A stretch of DNA of 64,000 nucleotides from an uncultured Chthonomonadaceae bacterium (GTDB lineage: Bacteria > Armatimonadota > Chthonomonadetes > Chthonomonadales > Chthonomonadaceae): positions 1,216,001-1,280,000 of the forward strand of contig CAWFQB010000001.1 in assembly GCA_963817895.1 (NCBI GenBank), in the 5' to 3' direction. Both the position numbers and the translations under genes were made by a program. Below, one piece after another: positions 23,209-34,411 of this stretch. The notes beneath the pieces were generated by a model. It did no database searches and had not been told where the DNA came from. It saw only the letters and a program-made list of their open reading frames with translations. Each line of letters opens with the position of its first letter. Position 1 is the first letter of the stretch.

Positions 23209-23582
23209 CGCGGACATGCTGAAATCGCGAGTGCAATAGCCACAGCATAATTCAAGGGAACATCAAACAGCGGCGCGGCGTCAAACCAATACCAATTCCA
23301 ACTCATGACGGTTCGGATAGGAGAGTAAGCTCATGACCGTATTGATACCGGTGATTCTCGTGGCAATCGCCTACTTTGACAGCAAATCTTGGCTTTAAGT
23401 CATTACTTGCGTTCCTCATTTCTCCGGCAGTAGTGAACGTTTTACAATTCCATCTTTTCTGCCGGACAAAACGCCCCCTTTATGTTATATAAAGGGGGCG
23501 TTTTCGGGTGTTCAAGAACTGAATTGCAAGTCGTTCGCGCAAAAGCAAGCGTGTCAGGGACTTACGGACAAATAGTTGTTCC

Positions 23583-23617
23583 AGTCCGCGCAGGCGGACT
23601 TCGTTATCACAGCCGCG
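23583..23617. repeat. REP-like palindrome
   Basis: AGTCCGC-gcag-GCGGACT followed by tcgtt...agccgcg. Confidence 0.55.
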
Positions 23618-23651
23618 CAAAAGATTAAAATTGGTTTTGCGCGGACGCTCA

Positions 23652-23744
23652 TGGGACGGCGAAGAACGCGATGTGGAAGTACTGGCGCTGGAAGGCGCTC
23701 CCCTGATCGGCATGACGCTGTTAAAAGGCTACGATATCAAATGA
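23652..23744 (+). pseudogene. C-terminal fragment of a clan AA aspartic-protease-like small protein
   Basis: Reads WDGEERDVEVLALEGAPLIGMTLLKGYDIK*; no N-terminal half seen. Confidence 0.55.
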
Positions 23745-24056
23745 AAAATGATGGTCGCCACTGCCGCATGTCCGGCACTGAATCAATTCCCGCTCGTATC
23801 CATTCCGAGCGGGAGTAACGTACAAGTCCAAACGGTTGAACAACGAAAGCCGTTCCAACTGTCGTTCGGGAATGATGGTTGCCGAAACATTCTCTGCAAA
23901 ATAGAGTTCCATTGCCCTGCCAGTCCGTGAAATACCTTTTGCCACCAACTCTGCCTTAATCGCCGAGTAAGCCGCATAGTAGGAACTGCTGATACTGCGC
24001 CTGAACAACTCTTCCTCCAGCAGTTTCTTCGCCGTCTTCAAGCAGTCCTGACTCAT
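23721..24056 (-). pseudogene. HEPN-like N-terminal fragment joined to unrecognised sequence
   Basis: L..AKKLLEE..FR.SISSSYYAAYSA resembles the first HEPN helices; the similarity ends after about 42 aa. Confidence 0.55.
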
Positions 24057-24098
24057 TTCCTGCTACGTTGCCACTACGTTTTCCTCTGTTGATGTTGA

Positions 24099-24128
24099 AA
24101 GGAGGACGCGATATTTCGCGTCCTCCTT
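24099..24128 (-). terminator. Hairpin downstream of ppdK
   Basis: AAGGAGGACGCGA-tatt-TCGCGTCCTCCTT, followed by a short T run on the minus strand. Confidence 0.7.
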
Positions 24129-24202
24129 ATTATACGCCCGGTTCGCAGGAATGTCTACCGGTCGCGTTCGGTTCCGCTGTTGAGGGCAGCTTGCGCGGCG
24201 GC
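24127..24202 (-). repeat. 76-bp repeat, copy A (ppdK 3' end + TATAAT)
   Basis: Reverse complement matches 27852-27927 with 8 mismatches by manual count. Confidence 0.9.
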
Positions 24203-26849
24203 AAGGCGGGCAATGGGAACGCGGAAGGGACTGCAACTGACGTAGTTGAGGCCGATTTTGTGGCAGAACTTCACGCTTTCGGGTTCGCCGCCATGTTCGC
24301 CGCAGATGCCTAACTTGATGTCGGGACGCACCTCTTTCGCGCTGGCAACCGCCATTTGCATCAGTTTACCCACGCCCGTTTGATCAATGGTGTCGAAGGG
24401 ATCAGTCGGCAGGATTTTCTGCTCGATGTACGGCACGAGGAACTTGCCCGCGTCGTCCCGCGAAAACCCGAACGTCATCTGCGTCAGGTCGTTGGTTCCG
24501 AACGAGAAGAAGGCGGCGTTGCCGTTCGCGGGGTCGGCCAGTTGGTCGGCAACCAGACACGCGCGGGGAATTTCAATCATCGTGCCGAACATGTAGTCTA
24601 GTTCGACGCCCGCGTTGGCAATTACGTCGTTGGCGACCTTTTCCAGATTGCCGCGCACGGATTTGAGTTCGTTGACGTGGCCGACGAGCGGGATCATGAT
24701 TTCGGGATGGACTTCCTTGCCCCGCTTCTTCACGTCTGCCGCGCCCTGCAAAATGGCGCGTACCTGCATTTCGACGATGCCGGGGAATACGATGGAAAGT
24801 CGGCAGCCGCGCAGTCCCATCATCGGGTTGGCTTCGCGCATCCCCTCGACGGCTTGCAGCAGCGTCTCTTTCTTGTGCAGTTCTTCCGGATTGTTGCCCT
24901 TGTCGCGCAGTTCCGTCACCTGTACAAGCAGTTCGTCGTGGGAGGGTAGGAACTCGTGCAGGGGCGGGTCAATCAGGCGGATGGTGACGGGCTTGCCATC
25001 CATGACCTCAAAGATGCCCTCGAAGTCCTTCTGCTGAATGGGCAGCAAGCGGTCTAAGGCGTTTTTGCGAATGGTTTCATCGGTTGCGAGAATCATCTCC
25101 TGCACGATGGGCAGGCGCTCCGGCTCGAAGAACATGTGTTCCGTCCGGCAAAGGCCGATGCCTTCCGCGCCCAGATCAAGAGCCTGCTGCGCGTCGCGGG
25201 GATTGTCGGCGTTGGTGCGGACGGCCATAGTGCGGTAGCTGTCGGCCCATGTCATCAGTTCGCCGAACGCGCCGCTGACTTCCGGGGCAATCAGTTTCAA
25301 CGCGCCCACATACACCGCGCCGCTGGAACCGTCCATTGTAATCGTGTCACCCTCGCGCACAACTACGTCGCCAACCGTCACGGTTTTGGCGTCCGCATTG
25401 ACTTTGAGGCTCTCCGCGCCGGCTACGCAGGGGATGCCGAAGCCGCGCGCCACAACAGCGGCGTGACTGGTTTTGCCGCCGCGAGCGGTTAGGACGCCCT
25501 GCGCCGCCAACATACCGTGAACATCATCCGGGTTGGTTTCATCGCGGACGAGAATCACTTTGCCGCCCGCGCCGCCGTGTACGCCCTGAAGCGCGGCGGT
25601 ATCGGCATCGAAAACCACTTTGCCGACCGCAGCGCCGGGAGAAGCGGCAAGTCCGGTCGCGATTTTTTTCGCGCTGTCGAGTACGGACGGGTCAATGCGC
25701 GGATGGAGAAGTTGGTCTACATGCGAACCCGTGATGCGGTTGACGGCCTCTTCTTTGGAAATCAAGCCCTCATGCACCATGTCAACCGCGATATGCACGG
25801 CGGCAGGGCCGGTTCGCTTGCCGGAACGACACTGGAGCATGAACAGTTTGTTGTGTTCGATGGTGAACTCAATGTCCTGCATGTCCTTGTAATGGTCTTC
25901 CAGACGGTCGCAGGTTTCAATGAACTGCTTGTAGATGGCGGGGTTCTGCTGCTGCAACTCAGAAATCGGAACCGGGGTGCGGACGCCCGCTACCACGTCT
26001 TCGCCCTGCGCGTTCATCAGGTATTCGCCGAAGATGGCCTTTTCGCCAATGGAGGGATCGCGGGTAAAGGCTACGCCCGTGCCGCAATCGTCGCCCGCGT
26101 TGCCGTAGACCATTGCCTGAATGTTGACGGCGGTTCCGATGTCGTCCGGTATCTTCTCCGTGCGGCGGTACACAATGGCGCGATCCGTATTCCAACTGCG
26201 GAACACGGCTTCAATCGCCAATTGCAGTTGCTCATACGGGTCGGTGGGGAATTCCCGTCCCGCGTGGTCGCGGACGTGGGCAAGGAATAGTTCCGATACT
26301 TTTTTCAGGTCGTCGGCATCGAGTTGAAGGTCGTCCGTGACGCCCTTCTTTTCTTTGTATTCCTTGAAAATGTGGTTGTCGAAATCGTGCTTGCTCAGGC
26401 CGAACGCGACATCGGAGAGCATCATAATGAGACGGCGGTAGGCGTCGTAGACAAAGCGGGGGTTGCCGGTTTCTTTAATCAGGGCGTCAATCGTAGTTGG
26501 GTTCAGTCCGAGATTGAGTACGGTGTCCATCATGCCGGGCATGGAGAACTTCGCGCCGGAACGGACGGATACGAGCAGGGGCTTGTCACTCCCGCCGAAC
26601 GTCGCGCTCCATCTGCTTTTCGACGGCGTGAATGGCTTCGGTGACGGCGGGCATAAGGTCGGCGGGAACCTGCTTGCCGTTGGCGTAATAGGCGTTGCAG
26701 GTATCGGTGGTGATGGTAAATCCGGGCGGGACGGGCAGGCCGATGTTGGTCATTTCGGCGAGGTTGGCGCCTTTGCCACCTAACAAATCACGCATGGATT
26801 TGTCGCCCTCTGCAAATAAGTAGACTCGCTTCGTTGCTGCTGCGGTCAT
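24155..26849 (-). CDS. ppdK: Pyruvate phosphate dikinase, one frameshift near 26605
   Basis: [69 protein letters not shown]. Confidence 0.97.
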
Positions 26850-27070
26850 AGTTGGGTAGGTCTCCTTCTCAAACATTCGTAGTTTCGGAATGTGTTAGAT
26901 ATTGTACCCGAAAACGGCGGGAAGGGTTTAACGCGGGAACGAGGAGGAGTTCACCACCCGCTTCGCTAGAGGCACAGAGACACAGAGGAGGAACACAGAG
27001 GGAGAGGAACGATCCACAACTTTATAAAAGCGCGAAAGCCTTTAGGGTTCGTAAAAGTATAAGTTCCCGC

Positions 27071-27096
27071 GTAGGGGCAATCCCCCGTGATTGGCC
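27071..27096 (+). repeat. GTAG-type REP-like sequence
   Basis: GTAGGGGCAATCCCCCGTGATTGGCC: GTAG followed by an imperfect hairpin. Confidence 0.55.
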
Positions 27097-27230
27097 TTCA
27101 GATGAGCGTCCTTCACCGGCAGACGGATCAAGGACGTATTCGGAAACAGCGCGACAGGAAAGCGGACGAATTGATTGTAGCGTCCGAACGCCTTCTTGAT
27201 TTAGCGCAGCAGCCATCCGAAAGGTGAAGA

Positions 27231-27827
27231 ATGTTCTTTACGCGCAACGTTCCGAAGCGACGTTACCGCGATTACACGCGCTACCGTGATTTGCTCCGCC
27301 GCGATTTTCAATATCGGCGCGCCTATTGCCTGATCCATGAATTTCATAATGGCGGTGTCGCAAACTTTGCCATAGATCATCACCGACCTGTACGTGGCGC
27401 TCATGCCCATCCCGATCTGGCAGACGACTACACAAATTTGTACTGCCACTGTAGCGAGTGCAATCAGAACAAGGCCGACAACCGGCCTACTCCGCAGCAG
27501 GAAGCATCGGGCTTCCGGTGAATTGATTCCTGCGAACCCTGGGGTAACCATGACCTGCACTGGCACATTACGCCTGATGGTGAAATACAGTGGCTGACAT
27601 CGGCGGGGGAGTATACAATCCGCATACTAATGCTCCACAGGCGAGAAGACTTGAAAGCATACTGGAGAAAACAACATCGAATTACCATGTTACGCGCTCG
27701 GTTGACGGAGGTTGTTGCACAGGAAGAACTTTCCCCGTCTCTGGCAGAAGCCATTCAGCGGCAAATTGCAGAGTTGAACGAGTTTTTAGAGCCGCCTGTA
27801 TTTAGCAGACCACGCCGTCAACGATGA
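27231..27827 (+). pseudogene. HNH endonuclease with internal stop
   Basis: LRRDF...AYC, IDHHRP, Y.NL..C..CN..K. In-frame TGA at 27519-27521; ORF 27630-27827 is the same frame. First Zn-binding Cys appears replaced by Arg. Confidence 0.8.
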
Positions 27828-27851
27828 TCGAATTTCCGCGTTTGTCTGGTA

Positions 27852-27927
27852 GCCACCGCGCAAACCGCCCTCAACAGCGGAACCGAACGCGACTGGAAGA
27901 CATTCCCGCAAACCGGACGTATAATAA
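27852..27927 (+). repeat. 76-bp repeat, copy B (inverted copy of ppdK 3' end + TATAAT)
   Basis: See 24127-24202; followed by hairpin GGCGCGTGAA-cagt-TTCACGCGCC (27931-27954). Confidence 0.9.
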
Positions 27928-28028
27928 AGTGGCGCGTGAACAGTTTCACGCGCCTCTTCTTTCCAACTTAAACGGGATACAGGGAGAGCATGGAACAGAA
28001 GCGTAACGCGGAATAATGAGACGAGACA

Positions 28029-29234
28029 TTGACGAACAGTAACCAACGCAACGATATAACCTCCGGCAGCGATTCCGTTGGACTGCCTACGCCTGCTGAC
28101 ACCGCGCCGCTCTATGAGGGCGAATCCGCGATTGTAGATGCGGCAAGGCGTGTCGGAGAAACGGTTCTCGGTCCTCACGCGCAGGAGGCCGACCGCGCGC
28201 CCGGACCTCTGCTTTCCAACTTTCACGCCCTTGCCGAAGCCGGACTGCTGGGTATGAGCCTGCCCCGCGAGTACGGCGGACTGGACGCCAGCGGGCCGAC
28301 GCAGCGCGAAGTGATGGAGATTCTGGCCTCGTATTGCGGCGTGACCACGTTTACGCAGGCGCAGCATCATGGCCCCTCGCGCATGATTTGCAGCGGCCCG
28401 AACCAACAGTTGAAAGACGCGCTTCTGCCCGATCTGGCGCGCGGCAAACGGATGTGCGCCGTGTCGTTCGCGCACCTGCGGCGACCCGGCCCACCTGTTC
28501 TGCGCGCCGAACCCGTTGAGGGCGGTTTCCGATTGAATGGAACCAACCCCTGGGTGACAGGATGGGGCCTGATGACGCAGGTAGTCATGGGCGCGACCCT
28601 GCCGGACGGACGCTTCGTATACGTCTGGGTTCCCGACCATCGCGACGATTTCCTCTCGTTATTTGCCGATGCGGACGCGCCGGATGGCGATTGGGGCGAA
28701 CTGCGCGCATCCGCGCCCCTGGTGTTGTGCGCCATGAACGCTTCCGCGACCGTGGAACTGGCGTGCGAAAATCTGTTTGTTCCTCTCGCGCACAAATTAT
28801 CTGAATCCGACCGCGAAACCATGCAGCGCAACGACCGCAACGGCGTGTTGGGCGCGACAGCCATGCCGCTCGGCTGCGCGATGGGCAGTATCCGTCTGCT
28901 GCATACCACTGCGGAACGCCGCCCGCTTCCCGCCATCAGCCGCGCCGCCCAATCCTTTGCCCGCGAACTGGAAGAGGTTCGGGCGCTAATACGCGACGCG
29001 AACGCCCGCAATAACGAACCGGACTTTTTCGCCAACGCCGTGAAACTCCGCGCCCATGTCATAGACCTTGCCGTTCGCGCCGCCCATGCCGCCGTCACCG
29101 CCAACAGCGGCGGAGCCAATAATCTCTCTCATCCCGCGCAACGCCTGTACCGCGAAGCCATGTTCTACACCATACAGGCGCAAACAACGGATGTTATGGA
29201 TGCCACGCTTGCTCGCCTTGAACGGCCACTTTAA
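28029..29234 (+). CDS. Acyl-CoA dehydrogenase family protein
   Basis: LAEAGLLGMSLPREYGG, GFRLNG..PWVTG, HPAQRLYREA. Confidence 0.88.
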   Translation: MTNSNQRNDITSGSDSVGLPTPADTAPLYEGESAIVDAARRVGETVLGPHAQEADRAPGPLLSNFHALAEAGLLGMSLPREYGGLDASGPTQREVMEILASYCGVTTFTQAQHHGPSRMICSGPNQQLKDALLPDLARGKRMCAVSFAHLRRPGPPVLRAEPVEGGFRLNGTNPWVTGWGLMTQVVMGATLPDGRFVYVWVPDHRDDFLSLFADADAPDGDWGELRASAPLVLCAMNASATVELACENLFVPLAHKLSESDRETMQRNDRNGVLGATAMPLGCAMGSIRLLHTTAERRPLPAISRAAQSFARELEEVRALIRDANARNNEPDFFANAVKLRAHVIDLAVRAAHAAVTANSGGANNLSHPAQRLYREAMFYTIQAQTTDVMDATLARLERPL

Positions 29235-29267
29235 CTACGTTCAAGTTCAATTAAGGATAGTATCAAG

Positions 29268-29870
29268 ATGCCCGAACTAACGGTTGCTTACGATGTGATT
29301 TGTCCCTGGTGCTGGGTAGGTTGGAAGCAGGCCGCGCGACTGAAGCAGGAGTTCCCGACGCTCACGTTTCGATGGGTGGGATACGAATTGTTGCCGGTGG
29401 GACTGGAATATACGCCCTCACCGCCCGACCCGAACGCCGCCAGAAAGCCGCGCGTCCCCTCCCGTTTAGATCTACTATTAGCTGCGGAAGGATTGACATT
29501 GCCGAAGCGAACGCGCGGACTGTCCAATTCCCGGCTGGCGCTGGAGGGCGCGGAATTTGCGCATGAGGCAGGCAAAGCCGATGCGTATCTCGACGCGCTG
29601 TATCACGCCTATTGGGAAGACGATCAGGACATCAGCGACAGGGCCGTATTGACCGAAATCGCGGAAACAGCGGGGCTGGACGCTGCCGCGTTTATGACCG
29701 CGCTGGAAACCCATGCCTACTGTGACCGGGTTGTTGAATACGATGACCCGGCACACGAAGCGGGCGTATGGAACGTGCCGACGTGGATGTTCCCCGAAGA
29801 GTGGGTGGCGGAACAGCCGTATTCCACCCTGCGGGAAATGGCCGCGCGGTTTATCGCGCCAAACCCATAG
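29268..29870 (+). CDS. DsbA/FrnE-family oxidoreductase
   Basis: YDVICPWCWVG; GVWNVPT cis-Pro motif. Confidence 0.88.
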   Translation: MPELTVAYDVICPWCWVGWKQAARLKQEFPTLTFRWVGYELLPVGLEYTPSPPDPNAARKPRVPSRLDLLLAAEGLTLPKRTRGLSNSRLALEGAEFAHEAGKADAYLDALYHAYWEDDQDISDRAVLTEIAETAGLDAAAFMTALETHAYCDRVVEYDDPAHEAGVWNVPTWMFPEEWVAEQPYSTLREMAARFIAPNP

Positions 29871-30306
29871 TTGCCTGTCACGAAATACCCTTTTGCCCTG
29901 ATATGAGCCTGAAAGAACCATCTTCCGGTATTTCTTTCAGGCTATTTGCTTGTGTATCCCCTTTAGTTGCCTCCTTATCCACCCGATTATCAGAAGGAAT
30001 TGTTTTTCTCGCGGAGCAAGATCATACAGGCATTTGTATCGAATACAAAATACTGTTCCCGAGGCTCCGGGCGTTCTCCTTCAAGGGGGTATGTTGTTCC
30101 ATGATGCGCAACAGTAAACGCGAACCCGGTCTGGTACTGGGCGCCGCTTCGATTGTTCTTCTGCTCGCCGCCTGGCTGCTGTTTCCGACAGCCACAATGC
30201 CGGGGGGCCGTCTTGTTTTTGCCCTGCTTTTGGCTGGGCTTTTGTGCCGTGCCTGCCGTCTGCTACTTCCGCCTGATGCGCGAATCCGCCGCGCCGCGCT
30301 GCGATT

Positions 30307-31389
30307 ATGCAGGCGGAAGAGCAGGAGCGCGCCCAACTTGTGGCGACCATGCAAAGGGAAAAGCAGGCGCATGCCCGCCTTGTGGCGATCCTGGAAGCCA
30401 CGCCCGATCTGGTCGCCATCAACGACATACATGGTCGAATCTGTTATCTCAATCAGGCCGGGCGCAAAATGCTGGGACTGGAAGATGCCCCATCCGTTGC
30501 CTGCGCCGACAGTCCTGCCTCCCTGCCAGGCATAGATGTTTGCGATGTGGCCGATGATCTGTTTCCCATCGGCCTGGAAGACGGTTACTGGAGCGGGGAA
30601 AAAACGCTAAAGCTGGACGATGGGCGCAAACTCCCCGTTTCACAGGTGGTTGTCGCGCACAGGGAACAGAATGGTCAGCTGGGGTTTCTGTCCACCATTG
30701 CCCGCGACATCACGGAACGCAAGCAGTTGGATGCGCAGATGCAGGAGCAATTGCTCATCATCCGCGAACAAAAAGAGGCGCTGGAACAGCACGAAGCGGA
30801 GTTGATAACCATCAATGCCCGCATTGCCCGGTCCTACGCCGAATTACAGGAGGCCAACCGCAGTCTGGAAGCGCTGGCGACAACGGATGGATTGACCGGG
30901 CTTTGCAATCACCGCGCGTTTCAGCAAAAATTGGCAGCAGAATTCGACCGCAGCGCGCGCTACCACACCCCGCTGTCGCTGCTGCTCATTGACGTGGACA
31001 AGTTCAAGCCGTTCAACGATACGTATGGACACCCGGCGGGCGATGAAGTGCTGAAACAGGTGGCATCCCTGCTGCAATCCGCCGCCCGAACTACGGACTG
31101 CGTGGCGCGTTACGGCGGGGAAGAGTTCGTTGTTATTCTGCCGGAAACGGATGAAAACGGCGCATTGGAGGCGGCGGAGCGCATCCGTCTTGCCATAGAA
31201 CAGGCTCCCTGGCAGAAGCGTTCCATTACCATCAGCGCGGGACTGGCCTCCATGCGCCTGGACACCTCAAACCCCGCCATGCTCATCGAAGAGGCCGACA
31301 AAGCGCTGTACGTGTCCAAAGAGTTCGGGCGCAACTGCGTCACGCATCACGACGCGCTGCTCAATGCGTTGGTTCAGGGAAGTAGATAG
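30307..31389 (+). CDS. PAS + GGDEF diguanylate cyclase; N-terminal TM part probably starts at 30101 across frameshifts
   Basis: DGLTGLCNHR, DVDKFKPFNDTYGHPAGDEVL, RYGGEEF. Hydrophobic ORF from 30101 in another frame. Confidence 0.9.
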   Translation: MQAEEQERAQLVATMQREKQAHARLVAILEATPDLVAINDIHGRICYLNQAGRKMLGLEDAPSVACADSPASLPGIDVCDVADDLFPIGLEDGYWSGEKTLKLDDGRKLPVSQVVVAHREQNGQLGFLSTIARDITERKQLDAQMQEQLLIIREQKEALEQHEAELITINARIARSYAELQEANRSLEALATTDGLTGLCNHRAFQQKLAAEFDRSARYHTPLSLLLIDVDKFKPFNDTYGHPAGDEVLKQVASLLQSAARTTDCVARYGGEEFVVILPETDENGALEAAERIRLAIEQAPWQKRSITISAGLASMRLDTSNPAMLIEEADKALYVSKEFGRNCVTHHDALLNALVQGSR

Positions 31390-31480
31390 GTAGGTGGGTA
31401 GATGGTAGATAGGTAGAGATTACACTCTTCAATTGCGCCATGTTCTAAATAACAGAGGCTACCTATCTACCTATCTACCT
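31382..31480. repeat. Convergent inverted octamer arrays (GGTAGATA)n / (CTACCTAT)n
   Basis: Left arm 31382-31417 overlaps the GGDEF stop; right arm 31459-31480. Confidence 0.88.
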
Positions 31481-31484
31481 CCCC

Positions 31485-32939
31485 CTACTCCTCCCACGGA
31501 AACAGATCGGGCGGTTCGTTGTCGAACCGGGCCGTGACAGGCAGGGGATGCAGAGCGCGGGTGGTGTCCACGTAAAGAAAAGCGTCGTAGCGGTCGGGCA
31601 AAATGGTGGGAACGTAATTGCCCCAACGTTCCTGTTCCGGGTTGTACACCACCCCGACCGCCCGATGCCCGCGTCTGGTTCGCGCTATATCCGGGGCGTC
31701 GTCGAGCAGCAGCAGTTTGTTGCGCTCTCCCGCCTGCCGCAGAATGGCTTCCCAACTCCCCTCGCGCGCCGGGGGCAGATTCATGCGCTCCCAATCCGCG
31801 CCCCAGGAACGCCCCGCGATCACGCTGCCCTGATAAGAACCGCAGCCTACCAGAAACACGTCTTCGGGGGAATGGTGTTCCCGTGCCAACTGCCCGATAT
31901 TGTGCATGCCCTCCTCGGCCATATCTGTTGCGCGGGCGTCGCCAATGTGCGTGTTATGCTCCCACACAATGGCTTTTACAGGGCGGCGTTTGGTATTCGG
32001 TGTTCGGTGTTGGATACTCTCGCTGTGGATTGTGGATTCAGGGTTGGAAATTGTTTCTCCTTTTCTCCTTTTCTCCCCTTCTCCTTTTCTGTTTTCTGCT
32101 CCCTGCTCCGGGTGCTGCGCGTGGAAATTCATCAGGCGTTCCAGCGTGTCGAACATGTGCGTATCGCGCAGGTTCCAGGAGTCGTGTCCGCCCTGCATCA
32201 TGGTACGATAATAGGCTTCCGCGCCCTGAACGACGAGCGCGTTCTGTTCCGCCACAAAATGGGCCTCCTGCTCCGCCGCGCCGCCCGGTGTCTGGCGGCG
32301 CAGCGCGGTCAGCAGGTTCGTCACCTCATCGCGGCAGATTGTCGGGATGAATGAATCGGTAGCGCGGGCGTAGCGATGCTCGTCGCCGTAATAGGGTTCA
32401 AAGCAGTGGTACGCCTGCCGCGCCGCATCCGCCGCCTGTCCGTCCTCCTGTTCCAGATACCGCAATACCGAGTCCAGCGACTCCCACAGGCTGTATACAT
32501 CCAGACCGTAGAAGCCGACTTTCGCCGCCGGGGGCAGGCTGGCGTTGTGCTTGCGCAGCCATTCCGTCAGCGCGACAATCTCCCAATTGGCCCACATCCA
32601 CGTCGGCCAGCGTTGAAAATCGCTCAACACTTCCCGCGCCGAGGTTCCACACTCGTTATAATCCTTGACATAGCGATTCACGCAGTAACAGTAGGGCCAG
32701 TCGCCCTCCACGCCGATGAACGAGAACCCTTTTTCCTGTATCAGCCGCTGCGTCAGCCACATTCGCCAGACATAGTATTCCGAAGTGCCGTGCGTGGCCT
32801 CGCCCAACAGCACATAGCGCGCGTCGCCGATACGCTCCATCAGCGGGTCCAAATCGGTAGGCGTTTCCAGCGGCTTTCCCTGCTCGGCGCACCATTGCGC
32901 CAGTTCCACATCCTGCGCTCTCGATTTCGGTGTCAACAT
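31485..32939 (-). CDS. Erythromycin esterase family protein
   Basis: VLLGEATHGT, VEGDWP, RWPTWMWAN, FYGLDVYSL, WNLRD.HM, IVWEHNTHIGDARAT. Confidence 0.93.
   Translation of the reverse strand: MLTPKSRAQDVELAQWCAEQGKPLETPTDLDPLMERIGDARYVLLGEATHGTSEYYVWRMWLTQRLIQEKGFSFIGVEGDWPYCYCVNRYVKDYNECGTSAREVLSDFQRWPTWMWANWEIVALTEWLRKHNASLPPAAKVGFYGLDVYSLWESLDSVLRYLEQEDGQAADAARQAYHCFEPYYGDEHRYARATDSFIPTICRDEVTNLLTALRRQTPGGAAEQEAHFVAEQNALVVQGAEAYYRTMMQGGHDSWNLRDTHMFDTLERLMNFHAQHPEQGAENRKGEGEKRRKGETISNPESTIHSESIQHRTPNTKRRPVKAIVWEHNTHIGDARATDMAEEGMHNIGQLAREHHSPEDVFLVGCGSYQGSVIAGRSWGADWERMNLPPAREGSWEAILRQAGERNKLLLLDDAPDIARTRRGHRAVGVVYNPEQERWGNYVPTILPDRYDAFLYVDTTRALHPLPVTARFDNEPPDLFPWEE
31985..32100 (-). repeat. 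In-frame composite element, copy 4: degenerate (GAAAAGGA)n + (AATCCAC)2 + (AACACCG)~4
   Basis: Encodes AENRKGEGEKRRKGETISNPESTIHSESIQHRTPNTKRR just before KAIVWEHNTH. Confidence 0.9.
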
Positions 32940-33325
32940 GCGAACCTTGCCCTCCTGCTATGACAGGCCGACAGGAATTTTCAATCCCTGCTTGTCTAAA
33001 ACAAGCGTCTTGCGGACGCGATTTTTCTATGTAGGTTCCCTCGTCTAACGGGCGCTTGCGCGTTCTTGCAGGGTATTTTCAATACGCGGCGCGGAGATAT
33101 ACATGCCTGAAGCAGATACGCCGGACTTAAACTAAAGATATAGCCTGTCTTAACAATTTCGATGTAAAAAGCCGCAAAAGCGCCATTTGCGGCAATTGTG
33201 TATTGTCCGGCAGGAACTTTCCCGCGTCAGCATCAATATAGATGATAGTTCTACCACTTTTCCAACTCGGAGGACGCGCGGCAGCCGTTTCGCGGCGCGA
33301 ACCTTGCAAGGAGCAGCAGACGCTT

Positions 33326-34411
33326 ATGAGCGACAGGAAAATTCGCGTTGCCCTTATCGGCGTGGGCAATTGCGCCTCCTCGCTGGTGCAGGGCGTGGAA
33401 TTTTATAAAAACGCCAGTGAAACCGATTTTGTTCCCGGCCTGATGCACGTCAATCTGGGCGGCTACCATATCCGCGACATCGAGTTTTCCGCCGCCTTCG
33501 ACATCAACGTTACCAAAGTCGGCAAAGACCTGAGCGAAGCCATTTTCGCGCAGCCCAACAACACGTACCGCTTTTCGCCCGTTCCCCCGCTCAACGTGCC
33601 GGTTCAGCGGGGCATGACGCTGGACGGATTGGGCAAATACCTGCGCGACGTGATTGACGAGTCGCCCGAACCGACCGCAGACATTACCCGCATCCTGAAA
33701 GAGACCCGAACAGATGTGGTTGTTTCCTATCTTCCCGTCGGTTCGGAGATGGCGACGCAATGGTACGTGGAGCAGATACTGGCGGCAGGCTGCGGGTTCG
33801 TCAACTGCGTCCCCGTATTTATCGCGTCGCAATCCTGCTGGCAGCAGAAGTTTGCCGAACGCGGCCTACCCATCATTGGCGACGATATTAAATCACAGGT
33901 GGGCGCGACCATTACGCACCGGGTATTGACGAACCTGTTTCGGGAACGGGGCGTCCGGCTGGATCACACGTATCAGCTCAATTTCGGCGGCAACACGGAC
34001 TTTATGAACATGCTGGAACGCGAACGGCTGGAATCTAAAAAAATCTCCAAGACCAATGCCGTCACCAGCCAGTTGGATTATCCCATGTCCAATGGCGACG
34101 CGCATGTCGGGCCAAGCGATTACGTGGAGTGGCTTCAGGATCGCAAATTCTGTTACATTCGCATGGAGGGGACGACGTTCGGCAACGTGCCCCTCAATTG
34201 TGAACTAAAACTGGAAGTGTGGGACTCGCCCAATTCGGCGGGCGTCGTGATTGATGCCCTGCGTTGCATCAAACTCGCCCTCGACCGGGGCATCGGCGGC
34301 GCGTTGGGCAGCCCGTCCAGCTACTTCATGAAAACGCCGCCCACCCAAACCACCGACAGCGAAGCCCATGACCGCGTAGAAGCCTTTATTCGCGGCGAAA
34401 TCGAAAGGTGA
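33326..34411 (+). CDS. ino1: Myo-inositol-1-phosphate synthase
   Basis: [52 protein letters not shown]. Confidence 0.96.
   Translation: MSDRKIRVALIGVGNCASSLVQGVEFYKNASETDFVPGLMHVNLGGYHIRDIEFSAAFDINVTKVGKDLSEAIFAQPNNTYRFSPVPPLNVPVQRGMTLDGLGKYLRDVIDESPEPTADITRILKETRTDVVVSYLPVGSEMATQWYVEQILAAGCGFVNCVPVFIASQSCWQQKFAERGLPIIGDDIKSQVGATITHRVLTNLFRERGVRLDHTYQLNFGGNTDFMNMLERERLESKKISKTNAVTSQLDYPMSNGDAHVGPSDYVEWLQDRKFCYIRMEGTTFGNVPLNCELKLEVWDSPNSAGVVIDALRCIKLALDRGIGGALGSPSSYFMKTPPTQTTDSEAHDRVEAFIRGEIER

Noticed and set aside
23333..23398. 21-codon hydrophobic ORF with GGAG RBS
   Set aside because: Too short to support without conservation data.
26590..26610. Programmed frameshift in ppdK (and in cmk, cheR)
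   Set aside because: No slippery heptamer is evident, and many similar indels occur across the window.
26969..27008. CACAGAG repeats upstream of ppdK, and ATTCGCGTT-like repeats at ~5022-5050
   Set aside because: Probably further short-repeat families, but each occurs once and is degenerate.
27102..27227. 41-codon ORF just upstream of the HNH pseudogene
   Set aside because: It may be the tail of a truncated gene, but there is no RBS or recognisable family.
27519..27521. TGA in the HNH gene as selenocysteine or recoding
   Set aside because: It is not at a Cys motif position, other decay substitutions are present, and TGA is a normal stop elsewhere in the window.
32940..33325. Riboswitch or ncRNA in the long intergenic regions (also 43430-43570, 47480-47700, 59670-59940)
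   Set aside because: No recognisable conserved structure by eye; an Rfam/Infernal scan would be needed.
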